A stretch of 64,000 bases of DNA from Planctomycetota bacterium (lineage in GTDB: Bacteria > Planctomycetota > GCA-002687715 > CAIWVZ01), in assembly GCA_044222185.1 (NCBI GenBank), contig JBGANV010000009.1, positions 32,001-96,000 of the forward strand, in the 5' to 3' direction. Below, piece by piece: positions 17,937-29,200 of this stretch. Every line of letters begins with the position of its first letter. Position 1 is the stretch's first letter. The notes under the pieces were generated by a model that made no database searches, had not been told where the DNA came from, and saw only the letters and a list, made by a program, of their open reading frames with translations. A program made the translations under genes and the position numbers.

Positions 17937-20188
17937 ATGTTCCGCGAGTCTCATCTGGCAGGACGGTCCTCGTCGCGAACAGGCTGCCGGCCACGATCGT
18001 CGCCACGGACGATGGCGCTCGCCTCGAGCCTTCGGTCGGCGGCGTCGCCACCGGGCTGAAGGCCGTTCACGATGCGGGCGGGGGCGTCTGGGTTGGATGG
18101 CCCGGCGAGGTTCCACGCCTGTCACGGAATGCGCGTTCGGCCCTCGATCGCGAGTTCTCCGCCCTCCGCCTCGTTCCCGTGCCGCTCTCGGTCACCGAGG
18201 TCCGCCGCTTCTACGAGGGCTATGCGAACGGCGTGTTGTGGCCACTGTTCCACTACCAGCTCGAGCGGTTGCCGTTGGATTCTCGGGACTTCGACGAGTA
18301 CCGCAAGGTCAACGAGAAGTACGCCGACGTCGTCGCGAGGCACGTCCAGCCGGGCGACGACGTCTGGATTCACGACTACCAGCTCGCGTTGCTGCCGGGG
18401 CTCCTGCGCGAGCGGATCCCGGATGCGCGGATCGGCTTCTTCCTGCACATCCCGTTTCCCGCCGCGGAGGTGTTTCGAACGCTCCCGCAGCGTGAGGCCA
18501 TTCTGCGTGGAGTGCTCGGAGCGGACCTCGTCGGGTTCCACACGGTGGGCTACTTGCGCCATTTCGCCGCATCGACCGCGCACTGCCTGGGACTCGAGCC
18601 GGACTTCGACCGCGTGGGTTTCGATGGCCGCAACGTCCAACTCGGCGTGTTTCCCATGGGGGTCGATTCCCGGCACTTCGCCGACCTCGCCGCCGACGAC
18701 GGCGTCCGCGCTCGGGCGGTGGAGATCCGTGCCGGTGCTCCGGAGCGGCTCGTCGTCGGGATCGACCGCATCGACTACACGAAGGGACTGCGAAGACGCT
18801 TGTTGGCGTTCGGCCGCCTGCTCGAACGTTCACCCGAATGGCGCGGCCGTGTCCGCTACGTGCAGATCGCCGTCCCGTCGCGCACGAAGGTCGAGGCGTA
18901 CGTTCGATTCGGCCGCGAACTCGACGAGTTGGTCGGGCGCATCAACGCTGCCTACACGACGGCCGAGCAGGTTCCGATCCACTACGTCGGGCGCGGATTC
19001 GACGATCGCGAGCTGACGGCGCTGTACCGGGCCGCGGACGTGTGCGTCGTCACGCCACTCCGCGACGGCATGAATCTGGTTGCCAAGGAATTCGTCGCGT
19101 CACGCACCGACGATGACGGCGTGCTCGTTCTCAGCGAGTTTGCGGGAGCGAGCGCCGAACTCGGCGAGGCGTTGATCGTGAACCCGTTCGACATCGATGG
19201 AACCGCTGCCGCCCTCGGCCGCGCGCTCGAGATGCCTCGCGAGGAGCGCGCCACGCGCATGCGGACGCTTCGCTCGCGCGTCGTCGGTTGCGACGTGGAC
19301 GCGTGGTCGCGTGACTTCCTTCGACGGCTCGGGACCGCGGCGGCGGCGCCGCGGGCTCCCGCGCGGCAGGCGCGCATGCAGGACGTCGCGACGCTGGTCG
19401 AACGATTTGGCGGCGCGCGCCGGCTGGTGCTGTTCCTCGATTACGACGGCACGCTCGTTCCACTGGCGGCGTCGCCCGCGCTGGCGAGCCCGGACGCGAA
19501 CCTGCTCCAGCTGTTGACCCGCCTGGGTTCCCGGCCCGGGGTCGCGTTGCACGTGGTCTCGGGTCGGCCTCGCGCGGATCTCGCCCGCTGGCTGGGTCGC
19601 CTTCCCGTGGGCCTGCACGCGGAGCACGGCGTCTGGTCGCGCTCGCGACCGGGGGACGATTGGACGCTCGCCGTTCGTGCCGACGTGGATTGGAAGGAGC
19701 GGCTTCGGCCGTTCCTCGACCAGGTCACGATCTCCACCCCCGGGTCGATGCTGGAGGAGAAGACCGCCGGATTCGCCTGGCACTGGCGCGGCGCCGACCC
19801 GGAGTACGGCGCTCGCCAGGCGCTCGATCTGAGGCTTCACCTGGCGGACCTGCTGACCGGGTCGCCCGTCGAGGTCATCCAAGGCGAGAAACTCGTGGAG
19901 GTCCGGTTGCAGGCGGGCAACAAGGGCGCCGTCGTTGCGCGGGTCCTGGCCGGCATTCAGGACGCGACGGCCTGCGTCGCCATCGGCGACGATCGAACGG
20001 ACGAGGACCTTTTCGCCGCGCTGCCGCCGGAGGGCACGGCCGTCCGGGTGGGGCTCGGACCCTCAGGTGCCGAGCATCGACTGGCCGATTGGATGGAGGT
20101 GCGACGCCTGCTCGAAGGCGTCGACCGGCGGCGCCAACTGGACGGAGCAGCGTTCGCATCCGAGTCGGGCGGCACCGTGATCGACTGA
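17933..20188 (+). CDS. otsAB: Bifunctional trehalose-6-phosphate synthase/phosphatase
   Basis: GTGA overlap with the GH15 gene; [43 protein letters not shown]; HAD motifs DYDGTL and GDDRTDED. Confidence 0.96.
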   Translation: MNVPRVSSGRTVLVANRLPATIVATDDGARLEPSVGGVATGLKAVHDAGGGVWVGWPGEVPRLSRNARSALDREFSALRLVPVPLSVTEVRRFYEGYANGVLWPLFHYQLERLPLDSRDFDEYRKVNEKYADVVARHVQPGDDVWIHDYQLALLPGLLRERIPDARIGFFLHIPFPAAEVFRTLPQREAILRGVLGADLVGFHTVGYLRHFAASTAHCLGLEPDFDRVGFDGRNVQLGVFPMGVDSRHFADLAADDGVRARAVEIRAGAPERLVVGIDRIDYTKGLRRRLLAFGRLLERSPEWRGRVRYVQIAVPSRTKVEAYVRFGRELDELVGRINAAYTTAEQVPIHYVGRGFDDRELTALYRAADVCVVTPLRDGMNLVAKEFVASRTDDDGVLVLSEFAGASAELGEALIVNPFDIDGTAAALGRALEMPREERATRMRTLRSRVVGCDVDAWSRDFLRRLGTAAAAPRAPARQARMQDVATLVERFGGARRLVLFLDYDGTLVPLAASPALASPDANLLQLLTRLGSRPGVALHVVSGRPRADLARWLGRLPVGLHAEHGVWSRSRPGDDWTLAVRADVDWKERLRPFLDQVTISTPGSMLEEKTAGFAWHWRGADPEYGARQALDLRLHLADLLTGSPVEVIQGEKLVEVRLQAGNKGAVVARVLAGIQDATACVAIGDDRTDEDLFAALPPEGTAVRVGLGPSGAEHRLADWMEVRRLLEGVDRRRQLDGAAFASESGGTVID

Positions 20189-20218
20189 CCTCGACGCACG
20201 ACGGCACCGGGTTTGGAC

Positions 20219-20247
20219 TTGCACCTTCGTCGCAGCTGGCGCACAAT
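20219..20247 (+). promoter_or_regulatory. Putative sigma70 promoter opening the long rne leader
   Basis: TTGCAC-N17-CACAAT. Confidence 0.5.
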
Positions 20248-20249
20248 CC

Positions 20250-21016
20250 GACCCAAATTGCTCGGCTGGATTGCGACCGGCCGGGGTCGGCGAGTGGTCG
20301 AGGTGCGTGCCTCGCTCGCCTGGTTCCCGCAGGGAACCAACACGAAACAACGGGCGCCGGTGTGAGCCGGTGCCTTCAGGAACGTCTTTCAGCAGTCAAC
20401 TCATTCCCAGCGAGAGGGAAACGCACAGGCCAGAGCCCGGACACGAGGGAGGATTCGCGGGGCCGGCGGTGGCCGTGGAACAGGGACGGATGACGAGGAC
20501 GGGTGTGCCGATGCAAGTGCACGCTCGGACCGTACGTGCGCAGCGGGGCGACTTGACTCCGCGCTGCGCGCCGCCGCTGTGACGCCTCGGCCGATCGATC
20601 CTCGAATCCCCTGCATGAACGCATGTGATCGTTCGTGGTCGGGCCTGTGCTTCCGCTCCCGGAAGGACTCAACGTGATCGTGGCTACCGTTGGCGGGATC
20701 GAAGCGCGAAAACACGTGCGACTCGTCGAGTCGCGCGTCGCGGATCCCACGGCGGCATGTCCCGTCGGTGAGGGGAAGTTCTCGAGACTTGCTCGGTCAC
20801 GCCGGCAACGGCGCCGAGCCGACATGAACGCGCGCGCGGTCGCGCTCCGCCGGCCATCTCAGGCTGACGGACGCGTCCTGGTTCTCGCTCACACCGACAT
20901 CGTTCGGACGGGCGACTCGAACCCCGTGCGCGCCGCACGCCGCGACAACGCGGCCATTCGATCCCCTGGCCTCGCGCCGAGTCTCTCCGTTGGCGGTCCC
21001 TCGATACGAGAGGGCC
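20250..21016 (+). ncRNA. Candidate structured 5' leader of rne/rng, or a separate ncRNA
   Basis: ~770 nt without a convincing ORF; serial hairpins such as TGGTTCCC-GCA-GGGAACCA, GGCGCCGG...CCGGTGCC, GCGCAGCG...CGCTGCGC and GGATTCG...CGAATCC. Confidence 0.35.
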
Positions 21017-22519
21017 ATGGAGAAGCGCATTTTCATCAACGCGGACGACAACGAAGAAGTCCGCATCGCGATCACCGTCGACGCTAAGCTCGAAGAGATC
21101 TACATCGAGCGGGCGTCCGCCGAGGCCTACCTCGGGAACATCTACAAGGGTGTCGTCACCAACGTCGAGCCCAGCATCGGCGCAGCCTTCGTCGACTTCG
21201 GCGGCGATCGCAACGGGTTCTTGCACGCCTCCGACGTGCTGCCGATGTACCGGCAGAACAACACGCAGATCACGGACGCGGACTGGCGAGAGGATCCGCG
21301 CAAGCACGAGAAGAGGAACATCCAGGAATACCTGATGAAAGGCCAGGACGTCCTCGTGCAGGTCACGAAGGACGGCATCGGCAAGAAGGGCCCGACGCTC
21401 ACGACGTACCTGAGCATTCCCGGCCGTTACCTCGTCCTCATGCCGAGCCTCACGCGCTCCGGCGTCTCGAAGAAGATCGAGGATCGCGAGGAGCGGCACC
21501 GCCTGAAGCAGTTGCTCGAGCGCATCGATCCGCCGCCGGGCATGGGATACATCATCCGCACGGCCGGCATCGGGCGCAGCGAGGAAGAGCTGAAGAAGGA
21601 TCTGGATTACCTCCTCAAGCTCTGGAACACGATCGTCAAGCGCGTGAAGAGCGATCGCACGCCGTCGACCGTGTATCAGGAGTCGGACATCGTCATCCGA
21701 ACGATCCGCGACACGTTCACCGCCGACGTGAACGAGGTCATCATCGACAACGAGATCGTCTTCAAGAAGGCGAAGGACTTCCTCCGCGCCGTCATGGCCG
21801 ACCACGAGGACCGCGTGAAGATGTACACGGACAAACGTCCGCTCTTCCATGCGTTCCAACTGGAGGAGGAGATCGACCGGGTCTTCCAGCGCAAGGTCAA
21901 CCTGAAGAGCGGTGGATCGCTCGTGATCGATCAGACGGAAGCGCTCGTCGCCATCGACGTGAACTCGGGCAAGTATCGCGACGAGGAAGACCTGGAGGAG
22001 ACGGCCTTCCGCACCAACATGGAAGCCGTGCAGGAGATCGCCCGCCACCTGCGGCTCCGCGACCTCGGTGGCGTGATCATCAACGACTTCATCGACATGC
22101 AGGACGACCGCCACAAGCGGGAGGTCGAGCGTCACCTGCGCGAGTGCCTGAAGGATCACAAGGAGCGGATGAAGGTCGCACGCATCTCGCCGTTCGGCAT
22201 GATCGAGATGACGCGGCAGCGAGTCCGGCCGAGCCTCTCGCGCAGCAACTCCGTGCCGTGCCCGCACTGCAAGGGGTCGGGATTCGTGAAGACCGTGGAC
22301 TCCGTCGGACTGAAGATCCTCCGCGAGATCACGGAGGTCTTGTGGCGCAACAAGGCTCGCCGTGTCCGCGTCCGCGCCAATCCCCGTGTCGCCGATTTCC
22401 TCCGCCGCAACAAGGGCGAGAAGATCCGCGGGATGGAAGAGCACTACCAGAAGCCCATCCTCATCGTCGGTGACCACGACCTGGGCACCGAGGACTACGA
22501 AGTGCAGCGACTGAAGTAG
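21017..22519 (+). CDS. rne: Ribonuclease E/G family (catalytic domain, Rng-length)
   Basis: GNIYKGVVTNVEPSIGAAFVD, NGFLH, QVTKDGIGKKGPTLT, IDVNSG, LRDLGGVIINDFIDM, EMTRQR, CPHCKGSG. Confidence 0.96.
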   Translation: MEKRIFINADDNEEVRIAITVDAKLEEIYIERASAEAYLGNIYKGVVTNVEPSIGAAFVDFGGDRNGFLHASDVLPMYRQNNTQITDADWREDPRKHEKRNIQEYLMKGQDVLVQVTKDGIGKKGPTLTTYLSIPGRYLVLMPSLTRSGVSKKIEDREERHRLKQLLERIDPPPGMGYIIRTAGIGRSEEELKKDLDYLLKLWNTIVKRVKSDRTPSTVYQESDIVIRTIRDTFTADVNEVIIDNEIVFKKAKDFLRAVMADHEDRVKMYTDKRPLFHAFQLEEEIDRVFQRKVNLKSGGSLVIDQTEALVAIDVNSGKYRDEEDLEETAFRTNMEAVQEIARHLRLRDLGGVIINDFIDMQDDRHKREVERHLRECLKDHKERMKVARISPFGMIEMTRQRVRPSLSRSNSVPCPHCKGSGFVKTVDSVGLKILREITEVLWRNKARRVRVRANPRVADFLRRNKGEKIRGMEEHYQKPILIVGDHDLGTEDYEVQRLK

Positions 22520-22565
22520 GGGAGCCCGGGCCGGTCGTCAGCCGCGTCGCCGCAGTGAGGTGTGG

Positions 22566-22886
22566 TCCGGAGCGCCGGGCTCCAGCCCGGCCGGATGGCA
22601 GGGCTCCGCCCTGCCGCGACCTCCACCCGCCTCCCGCTCACTCGACGCCTTCCAACGTCGCAAGCCGCCGGCGCACCCACAGCGCTCCGCATGGGCCGCG
22701 GCCCAATCACCGACGACTTCCCATGCCCGATGAAGCGCGACGCGGAAGCCAGCCGCGTCACCACGGGGCCGCGACGTTCCGGAGCGCCGGGCTCCAGCCC
22801 GGCCGGATGGCAGGGCTCCGCCCTGCCGCGACCTCCACCCGCCTCCCGCTCACTCGACGCCTTCCAACGTCGCAAGCCGCCGGCGC
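22566..22886. repeat. 109-bp direct repeat (22566-22674 and 22778-22886) containing two REP-like hairpins
   Basis: Identical copies offset by 212 bp; GCCGGGCT-CC-AGCCCGGC and GGCAGGGC-TCC-GCCCTGCC palindromes; the second copy includes the kinase stop codon. Confidence 0.9.
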
Positions 22887-25366
22887 CATTCCGCCCGCGC
22901 GACCCCCCAATCCGGTCGCGGATCGATCAACGCGAACGCATCGACGAGGTCGAGGTGGAGCCGCGCGATCGCGCAGCGCTCCGCATGGGCCGCGTGCCCC
23001 TCACCGACGACTTCCCATGCGTGGTGAAGGGCGACCGCGGCGTCCGCATGCCGGCCCGTCACCAGGCGCGCCACGGCGAGGCGGCGGAGCACCTCGGGCT
23101 TCAGTGCGTGCGTCCGGTTGGCTTGCACGCGGGTCATGAGCTCATCGGCCTCCACCGAGCGCGACGTTGCGAGCAGGATGTCTGCGAGGCGCAGGTCGAG
23201 CGTGAGGGTATCCGTCTTCAGGGCCGTCGCGTCCACGTAGCCCTCGCGGACGATGCGCTCGGCCTCCGAGAACTTGCCCGCGTTCACGAGGTGCTCGGCG
23301 AGCCTCCCGCACTGATCGACGACGCGGCGGTGCGGAAGTTTGGTCACGAGCCGCATCATGGCGAGGCCGTCTCTCATGGCAACTTCGCCTTCAGCGTCCT
23401 GCCCCGACCTCGCGAGGATCGTTCCCAGGTTGAAGCGTGCGTGCGCGACGTCGAAATGAGGCTGGCCATGGTGGAACTTCTCGATCATGGCGAGTGCCTG
23501 GCGCGCCTTGGTTTCCGCCTCGATCGGCTGGCGGTGGTCGATCAACACGGTCGCCATGGAGCCCAGGACGATCGCCACGTTCTCGTCCTCGTCGCCCAAC
23601 CCGGCGCGATAGATCGAAAGCGCCTCCGAGTAGGCCTCCAACGCGGCATCGAGTCGACCGGTTCGGCGACAGAGGATCCCAAGGCTGCTGAGGGCCTGCG
23701 CCAGATCGAGACTCTCGGGGCCCAGGAGCTCCCGGCGCAGGCGGATGGCTTCACGTTGGAAACGCTCGGCCTGGGCGAATCGTTCGGCCTCGCGATTCAC
23801 GCGCGCCATGTACTGCGCGACGTCAGCGGCCTGTTGGCTGTATCCACCGAACAGCTTCTCCTGGAGCGGCGCCACGGCGGCGAGGTGCTGCTCCGCCGCG
23901 TCGAGGAGACCGACGGCCACGTACGTTTCGACGACGCTCATGCGGATCGCGTACTCGGCCTCCGGCCCACCGGCGATTCCACGCTTCATGAGTTTCTTCG
24001 AGACGTCGTCCACGGCTTCACGCACCGTCATGTCGGCGCGGCCGTCGGCGTACATGGGGTTCCCCATGCGAAACACGTCCCTCATGAACTCGACGATCTG
24101 GACCTTCACGGCCAGATCGGCTTTCGCCTTGACTTCGGAGGCCTCGGCCGCCGCCCGCAGCGCGTCGGCGTTGACGCGAAGGTCGTGCTCCCGCCGGGCG
24201 GCCGCGCGTTCCAACAGGTAGAGGACGATGGGGCCGCCAACGACCAGAAGCACGCCGAGGACGATGGACGTCGCGGCTGCCGGCCGACGCAGTGCGAATC
24301 TGCTGGCGCGGTGAGCGAGACTGGCCCGCCGTGCCGCGACGGGTTCTGATCGCAAGAACCGGTCCAGGTCGTCCGCGAACGCGGCAGCGGTCGGGTAGCG
24401 ACGCGACACCTCCGGATCCATCGCCTTCGCGATGACGGTCGCGAGGTCCCGCGGCACGCTGGAATCGAGGTCGCTCAGCGTCCGCGGACGCGACGCCTCC
24501 AGACGGCCCAACAGCGCCGCCGTCGAACCCGTGCCGAACGGCGGGGCGCCCGCGAGCGTCGCGTACAACGTCGCACCGAGGCCGTACACGTCCGTCCAAG
24601 GTCCCACGTCCGCGTTTCGACCGCGGAGCTGCTCGGGCGCTGCGAACGCGACCGTCCCGAGGAAGTCGCCCGATGCCGTGTGCTGGGATTGCTCGGCGTC
24701 GCGAACGAGGCTGAAGTCGGAGAGCACGGCGGTTCCATCCCGGCGGAGGAGGATGTTGCCGGGCTTCAAGTCGCGATGGATCAGCCCCACGGCGTGAGCG
24801 GCGCTCAGGGCGTGCGCGATCGCGGATCCAATCCGAGCAACGGCGCGCGGATCCGCGGACAGGCGTCCTCCAGCCGCCGCTCTCCCGAGCGTCGTCCCGT
24901 CGATCCACTCCATTGCGAACGCGCAGACGTCGGGCGTCGTGATCACGTCGTAGATCGCCACGACGTTCTCGTGATTGACGCGCCCGAGCGCCCGAGCCTC
25001 CACGGAGAAGCGTTCGCGCGATCGCGGTGAGTTGACGAGCGACGGTGCGAGGACCTTCAGCGCGACGATCCGGCCGACGGCTTCCTGCCGCGCGCGGTAG
25101 ACGATCCCCATTCCGCCGCGGCCCACTTCCTCCAGCAACGTGAAGCCCGGTATGCCCGGAAGCTCCGTTCGGAGGACCGGCTTCCGTGTGACGGCGACGT
25201 CCCGCGCGAGTTCGAGGGCCTCCAGGATACGGTCGCGGAGGTGCTCACGGCCTTCGAGGAATCGGCCGACGTCGAGGACCGCGCCCTCGGCCTGGCATTG
25301 GACCGCTGCGTCGAAGACGTCGTCGACGATCTCGTCGTCGCTGCGAGGATCGGCTTGGATTGCCAT
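22850..25366 (-). CDS. Hanks-type Ser/Thr protein kinase with TM helix and C-terminal TPR repeats
   Basis: GRGGMGIVY, VALKVL, HRDLKPGNILL, DFSL, GTVAFAAPEQ, DVYGLG; TM SIVLGVLLVVGGPIVLYLL; TPR-like LSSLGIL...EALSIYR repeats. Confidence 0.93.
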   Translation of the reverse strand: MAIQADPRSDDEIVDDVFDAAVQCQAEGAVLDVGRFLEGREHLRDRILEALELARDVAVTRKPVLRTELPGIPGFTLLEEVGRGGMGIVYRARQEAVGRIVALKVLAPSLVNSPRSRERFSVEARALGRVNHENVVAIYDVITTPDVCAFAMEWIDGTTLGRAAAGGRLSADPRAVARIGSAIAHALSAAHAVGLIHRDLKPGNILLRRDGTAVLSDFSLVRDAEQSQHTASGDFLGTVAFAAPEQLRGRNADVGPWTDVYGLGATLYATLAGAPPFGTGSTAALLGRLEASRPRTLSDLDSSVPRDLATVIAKAMDPEVSRRYPTAAAFADDLDRFLRSEPVAARRASLAHRASRFALRRPAAATSIVLGVLLVVGGPIVLYLLERAAARREHDLRVNADALRAAAEASEVKAKADLAVKVQIVEFMRDVFRMGNPMYADGRADMTVREAVDDVSKKLMKRGIAGGPEAEYAIRMSVVETYVAVGLLDAAEQHLAAVAPLQEKLFGGYSQQAADVAQYMARVNREAERFAQAERFQREAIRLRRELLGPESLDLAQALSSLGILCRRTGRLDAALEAYSEALSIYRAGLGDEDENVAIVLGSMATVLIDHRQPIEAETKARQALAMIEKFHHGQPHFDVAHARFNLGTILARSGQDAEGEVAMRDGLAMMRLVTKLPHRRVVDQCGRLAEHLVNAGKFSEAERIVREGYVDATALKTDTLTLDLRLADILLATSRSVEADELMTRVQANRTHALKPEVLRRLAVARLVTGRHADAAVALHHAWEVVGEGHAAHAERCAIARLHLDLVDAFALIDPRPDWGVARAEWRRRLATLEGVE

Positions 25367-26298
25367 GGGGCCTCGAAATCTGCCTGGGTGAACCCAGCGC
25401 CTGGCGATGTACGTCGCGGCCTTGGCCGCGGCGCCACGCATGCGCACCGGCGACTCCGTCCGGATCTATCTTCGGGCGGCGAGTCTACAGCAGGCCGCCG
25501 CCGCGCGCTTCGCGGTTCGGGAAACGGTCGCCGCGCGCGCGACGCGGCGGAACCGACACTCGGATGCGGGCCACTCCGAGCCGCTGGCGGGTGTCCGGCG
25601 GTGTGTTCCGGGCGGAACCGCTGGTCGTTCACCGACGTGTCGTTCGAAGGACACGAGCGCGTCCTCGTGCGGCCGTCGAGGGGAACCTCAGCGTCGACCT
25701 CGACCGATCTTGAAGACTCGCCCTGCTGGCCGCGCGGACCGCTCGATCCGACGCGGTCGGGAGGAGTGCCGTCGGCGGGGCATGGACCGAGCTCGACACG
25801 ATGAACCGTCGATTCCACACGGGACGCGGCGGACGGTGAGAGTTGGCCCGGCGCCTTCGCGATCCCGGACTGGGCGACTTGTGTGGGCACGGTCGCGCCC
25901 GGCCCGGTCCTGACGAGCGGAAACGGCGAGTGTCGGGTGGTGGTTCGCATGTTTCGTCGGTTCCAGCGAGGCCGCGGCGAGCGCCGCGGGCGTCCGCCGT
26001 GCCGACCCGTGGGGATCGACCGAATCCAACAACGGAAATCCGGACGTGAAGCGCCGTGAGTTTCCGAAGCGGCATTCACCGGATCGCCCGAAAACGCGCA
26101 CGGTGCCCCGACGCTTTCGCGACGGACTTCCGTTGTTGAGGCTCGGAGTCCCTCGCCGCACGACACGTTCGACTGCGGTCGGCTGCGGGCCGGTGGCCGG
26201 TCGCCGACCCGGGCGCGGCCGCGTGCAGGCGCCTGGAGTTCGATCCCGAAGACCACGTCGATCACGGCCGACCCCGCCCGCCGGAACGGCCAGAAGGA

Positions 26299-29200
26299 AT
26301 GAGCATGAGCCAGGCCAGTCGTAGCCTCGTCACCTTCCTCGCATTGACCGCCTGTGTCGCCGCACAGGGCACCTCGATTCCGATGATCACGGTGCGCTAT
26401 CCGGTCGCGACGGGTCCCTTGCAGAACCTCACGGATTCGCCACTGCCCGCGTTCGCCACGACGCTCTTCGTGCCCGGGGCGACCTCGCTCCGCGTGGAGT
26501 TGGCGGATGTCACGCTGGGAACCGACGAGGATGCCGTCGTGTTTCGAGATCCGCTTTCGGGCGACGTGCAACGGATGACCCGCGGCATGCTGAAGCGGTG
26601 GAAGAACTGGACCGGTTGGTTCAACGGCGCGTCGGTCGAGATGATCGTGTCCGTCGCGCCGGGGTCGGTGGCCGCCGTGTCGGTCGCCTCGGTGTTGACG
26701 ATCCCGGCAATCGGGATCGACGGAAACCAGGGAATCTGCGGGTCCGAAGATCGGGTCCTGAGCAACAGCCAGGCGAGCTGCCGCTTGCTCGGCAACGGCA
26801 CGCTCTGCTCGGGCGCCCTCGTCGACAACTGGCCGTACTGCGTCTCGGCTGGCCATTGCGCGGCCCCGTTCCCGGGCGCGCTTGTCGTCGCGGAGTTCAG
26901 CGTGCCCCCGTCCTCGAGCTCGGGAGCGATCGTTCATCCGCCGATCGCGGACCAATACCCGATCGACGAGTCATCGATCGAGTTCGAGGACGGGGGAGCT
27001 GGAGCGGATTGGTCGGTGTTCCGTCTCCATCCGAACTCGAATGGCGAGTCGGCCTTCCTTCGCCAGGGTACCGCGTTCGTTCCGGCGACATCGCTTCCGT
27101 TCCCCGGAACGTCGGTGGTCCGCATGCGTGGGTTCGGAACGCACCCGACGCCGGCGCTGGACCACTCGACACATACGGGCACCGGGATCTACATCGTCAC
27201 GATCGGAGATCGCATCACGCACCTCGTGGACCTGGACAATGGTGACTCGGGCGGCCCTTTGACCAACGAAGCGACGGGCGAACTCATCGGTGTCAACACG
27301 CACGGTGGATGCAACACGGCGATTGGAGCGAACAGCGCGACGAGCATCTTTCGGCCCGCCTTCGTGACGGCTCGGAACAATGCCAGCGCGTGCGGCCACA
27401 CGTCTCTGACGAACAACGTGAGCGCGACCCAGCTCACCTGTGAACCACGAGAGGTCTCGATCGTTCCCTCGACCAGCGCCTGGAACGTCATCGCCGTGTC
27501 GGACTCGAACGACGACTACGACATCTCGATCGAGGGCGTGAGTTCTTCGTTCAACGGCACGGCCTGCGACTTCCTCGTCTCGAACGGCAACAACGCTCCG
27601 GTGTCGGCGCCCGTGAACGCCTGGGTCGAGGGAATCGGTTCCGTCTCGAGTGGGGACGTGCAGTTCCGCATCGCGGGGACGATCAACGTCGGGACCCTGA
27701 ACGTCATCCCGTGGGGTTCGAACCAACTCGTGGAGATCAAGGAGTTCTCGATCACGACGGCGGGCAACTACGACGTCACCGTCGCGGGCGCGGACGGCTA
27801 CAACTGGCGCGTCTATCGCCCGGGCACGAACTCGAACTGGCGGTCGCGCAGCAGCGCGGACTTCAGTGGAGCCGTCAATGGCGGCACGTTGAACGGCCTC
27901 GCGCTGACGGCCGGGACGCATGCGCTGGTGATCTTCAAGAACGGTGAGCCGGGCGTGGGCGATCCGGCCGCGTTCACGGCCGTCATCGCCCCCAGCACGA
28001 CGTCGATCGCGCTGACCTCCACGCCGACGACGGTCACGAATGACGCGCAGGATTTCACCGTGACCCCGGTAGCCGGTGAGTGGAATGCCGTCAGCGTGTC
28101 CTCGAACTCCAACTGGGACCTGGCGATCGGAGGCGGTTACGACAACCAGGGCAGCAACCTGAACGCCTTCGCGATCGCCAACGGCCACGATGGCGCCATC
28201 GCACCGACGGCAGGCGTCATGGTGAGAGCCGCGGGTACCGATCCGGGCACCGCCCAGCACATGTTCTCCACGACGATCAGCGTGAACTCGACCCTCGCCA
28301 CGACGTTGGTCGCCGGTCGGGTGATCAGGCTCTACGAGTTCAACGTCACGACGGCCGGAACCTACGACATCGGCATCACCGGCGGCGAGTTGGACCCGCG
28401 AATGGAATGGCGTCTCTATGCCCCGACCGGGACGTCGCGGTGGAGGAACCGGAGCGACTACATCGCCGCAGGCGACGTCGGCGAGGACTTCCTCACGGCG
28501 TTCTCCCTTTCGACGGGCTGGCACTGCATCGCGGTGTTCCGAGACGACGGCCCGCCTGCCGCCACGATCGGGTTCAACGTCCACGTCTACGCGGCGACCG
28601 CGGTCGACGCGTTGACCGTCGGCGAGAACAACACCGTGACGGTGGATGACCAGATGTTCTCGGTTTCGAGCCCGCCGGCGACGTGGACGGCCGTCGGCTG
28701 CACCAGCGTCGGCACGACGAACGTCAACGTCTACCTGGGATCGGGCGAGTCCAACTTCGCGACCGGCGGAACCACGGATTTCGTCATCGCGAATGGAAAC
28801 GCGGGAACGATTCCCGACTACCGGGGCATCGTCGTGCGCCTCTCGGGCACGGACGCCTACGAAGTCGAGCGTGCAACCGTCACGTCGTTGACGCCGGGAA
28901 CGACGCTCAACGACTCCTACGCCTCGAACCAGGTCCTCGAGGTGTACGAATTCGACGTCCCGATCCTGCGGTCGTTCGACGTCGTCACGACGGGCCCGTC
29001 CTCCTTCGGTTGGAGCCTGTTCGAGCCAGGGACCAACGGAGCGTGGAGGCGGCGCTCGGACGACGTGATTTCGGGGCTCATCGGTGCGGCATCAGTCGTC
29101 TATACGCCGACTCAGACCGGCCGCCATGCGTTGGTCGTCTATCGCAGCGGCGCGACGGGAGCGACGGCCGCCGTGAGCCTCCTCCTCACGCCTCACAATC

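Noticed and set aside
20890-20990. GGGGTTCGAGTC on the minus strand, resembling a tRNA T-loop
   Set aside because: The T-stem does not pair, and no acceptor or anticodon arms can be built.
20635-21087. 150-aa ORF upstream of rne
   Set aside because: No RBS or motifs, Arg-rich atypical composition, overlaps rne out of frame.
22566-22886. Possible CRISPR array or IS ends
   Set aside because: Only two long copies, the spacer derives from the adjacent kinase gene, and there are no cas or transposase genes.
22562-24349. 595-aa plus-strand ORF with an internal repeat
   Set aside because: Antisense to the kinase; the repeat simply reflects the DNA duplication.
26225-26250. GGAGTTCGATCCC tRNA-like motif
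   Set aside because: No cloverleaf in the flanks.
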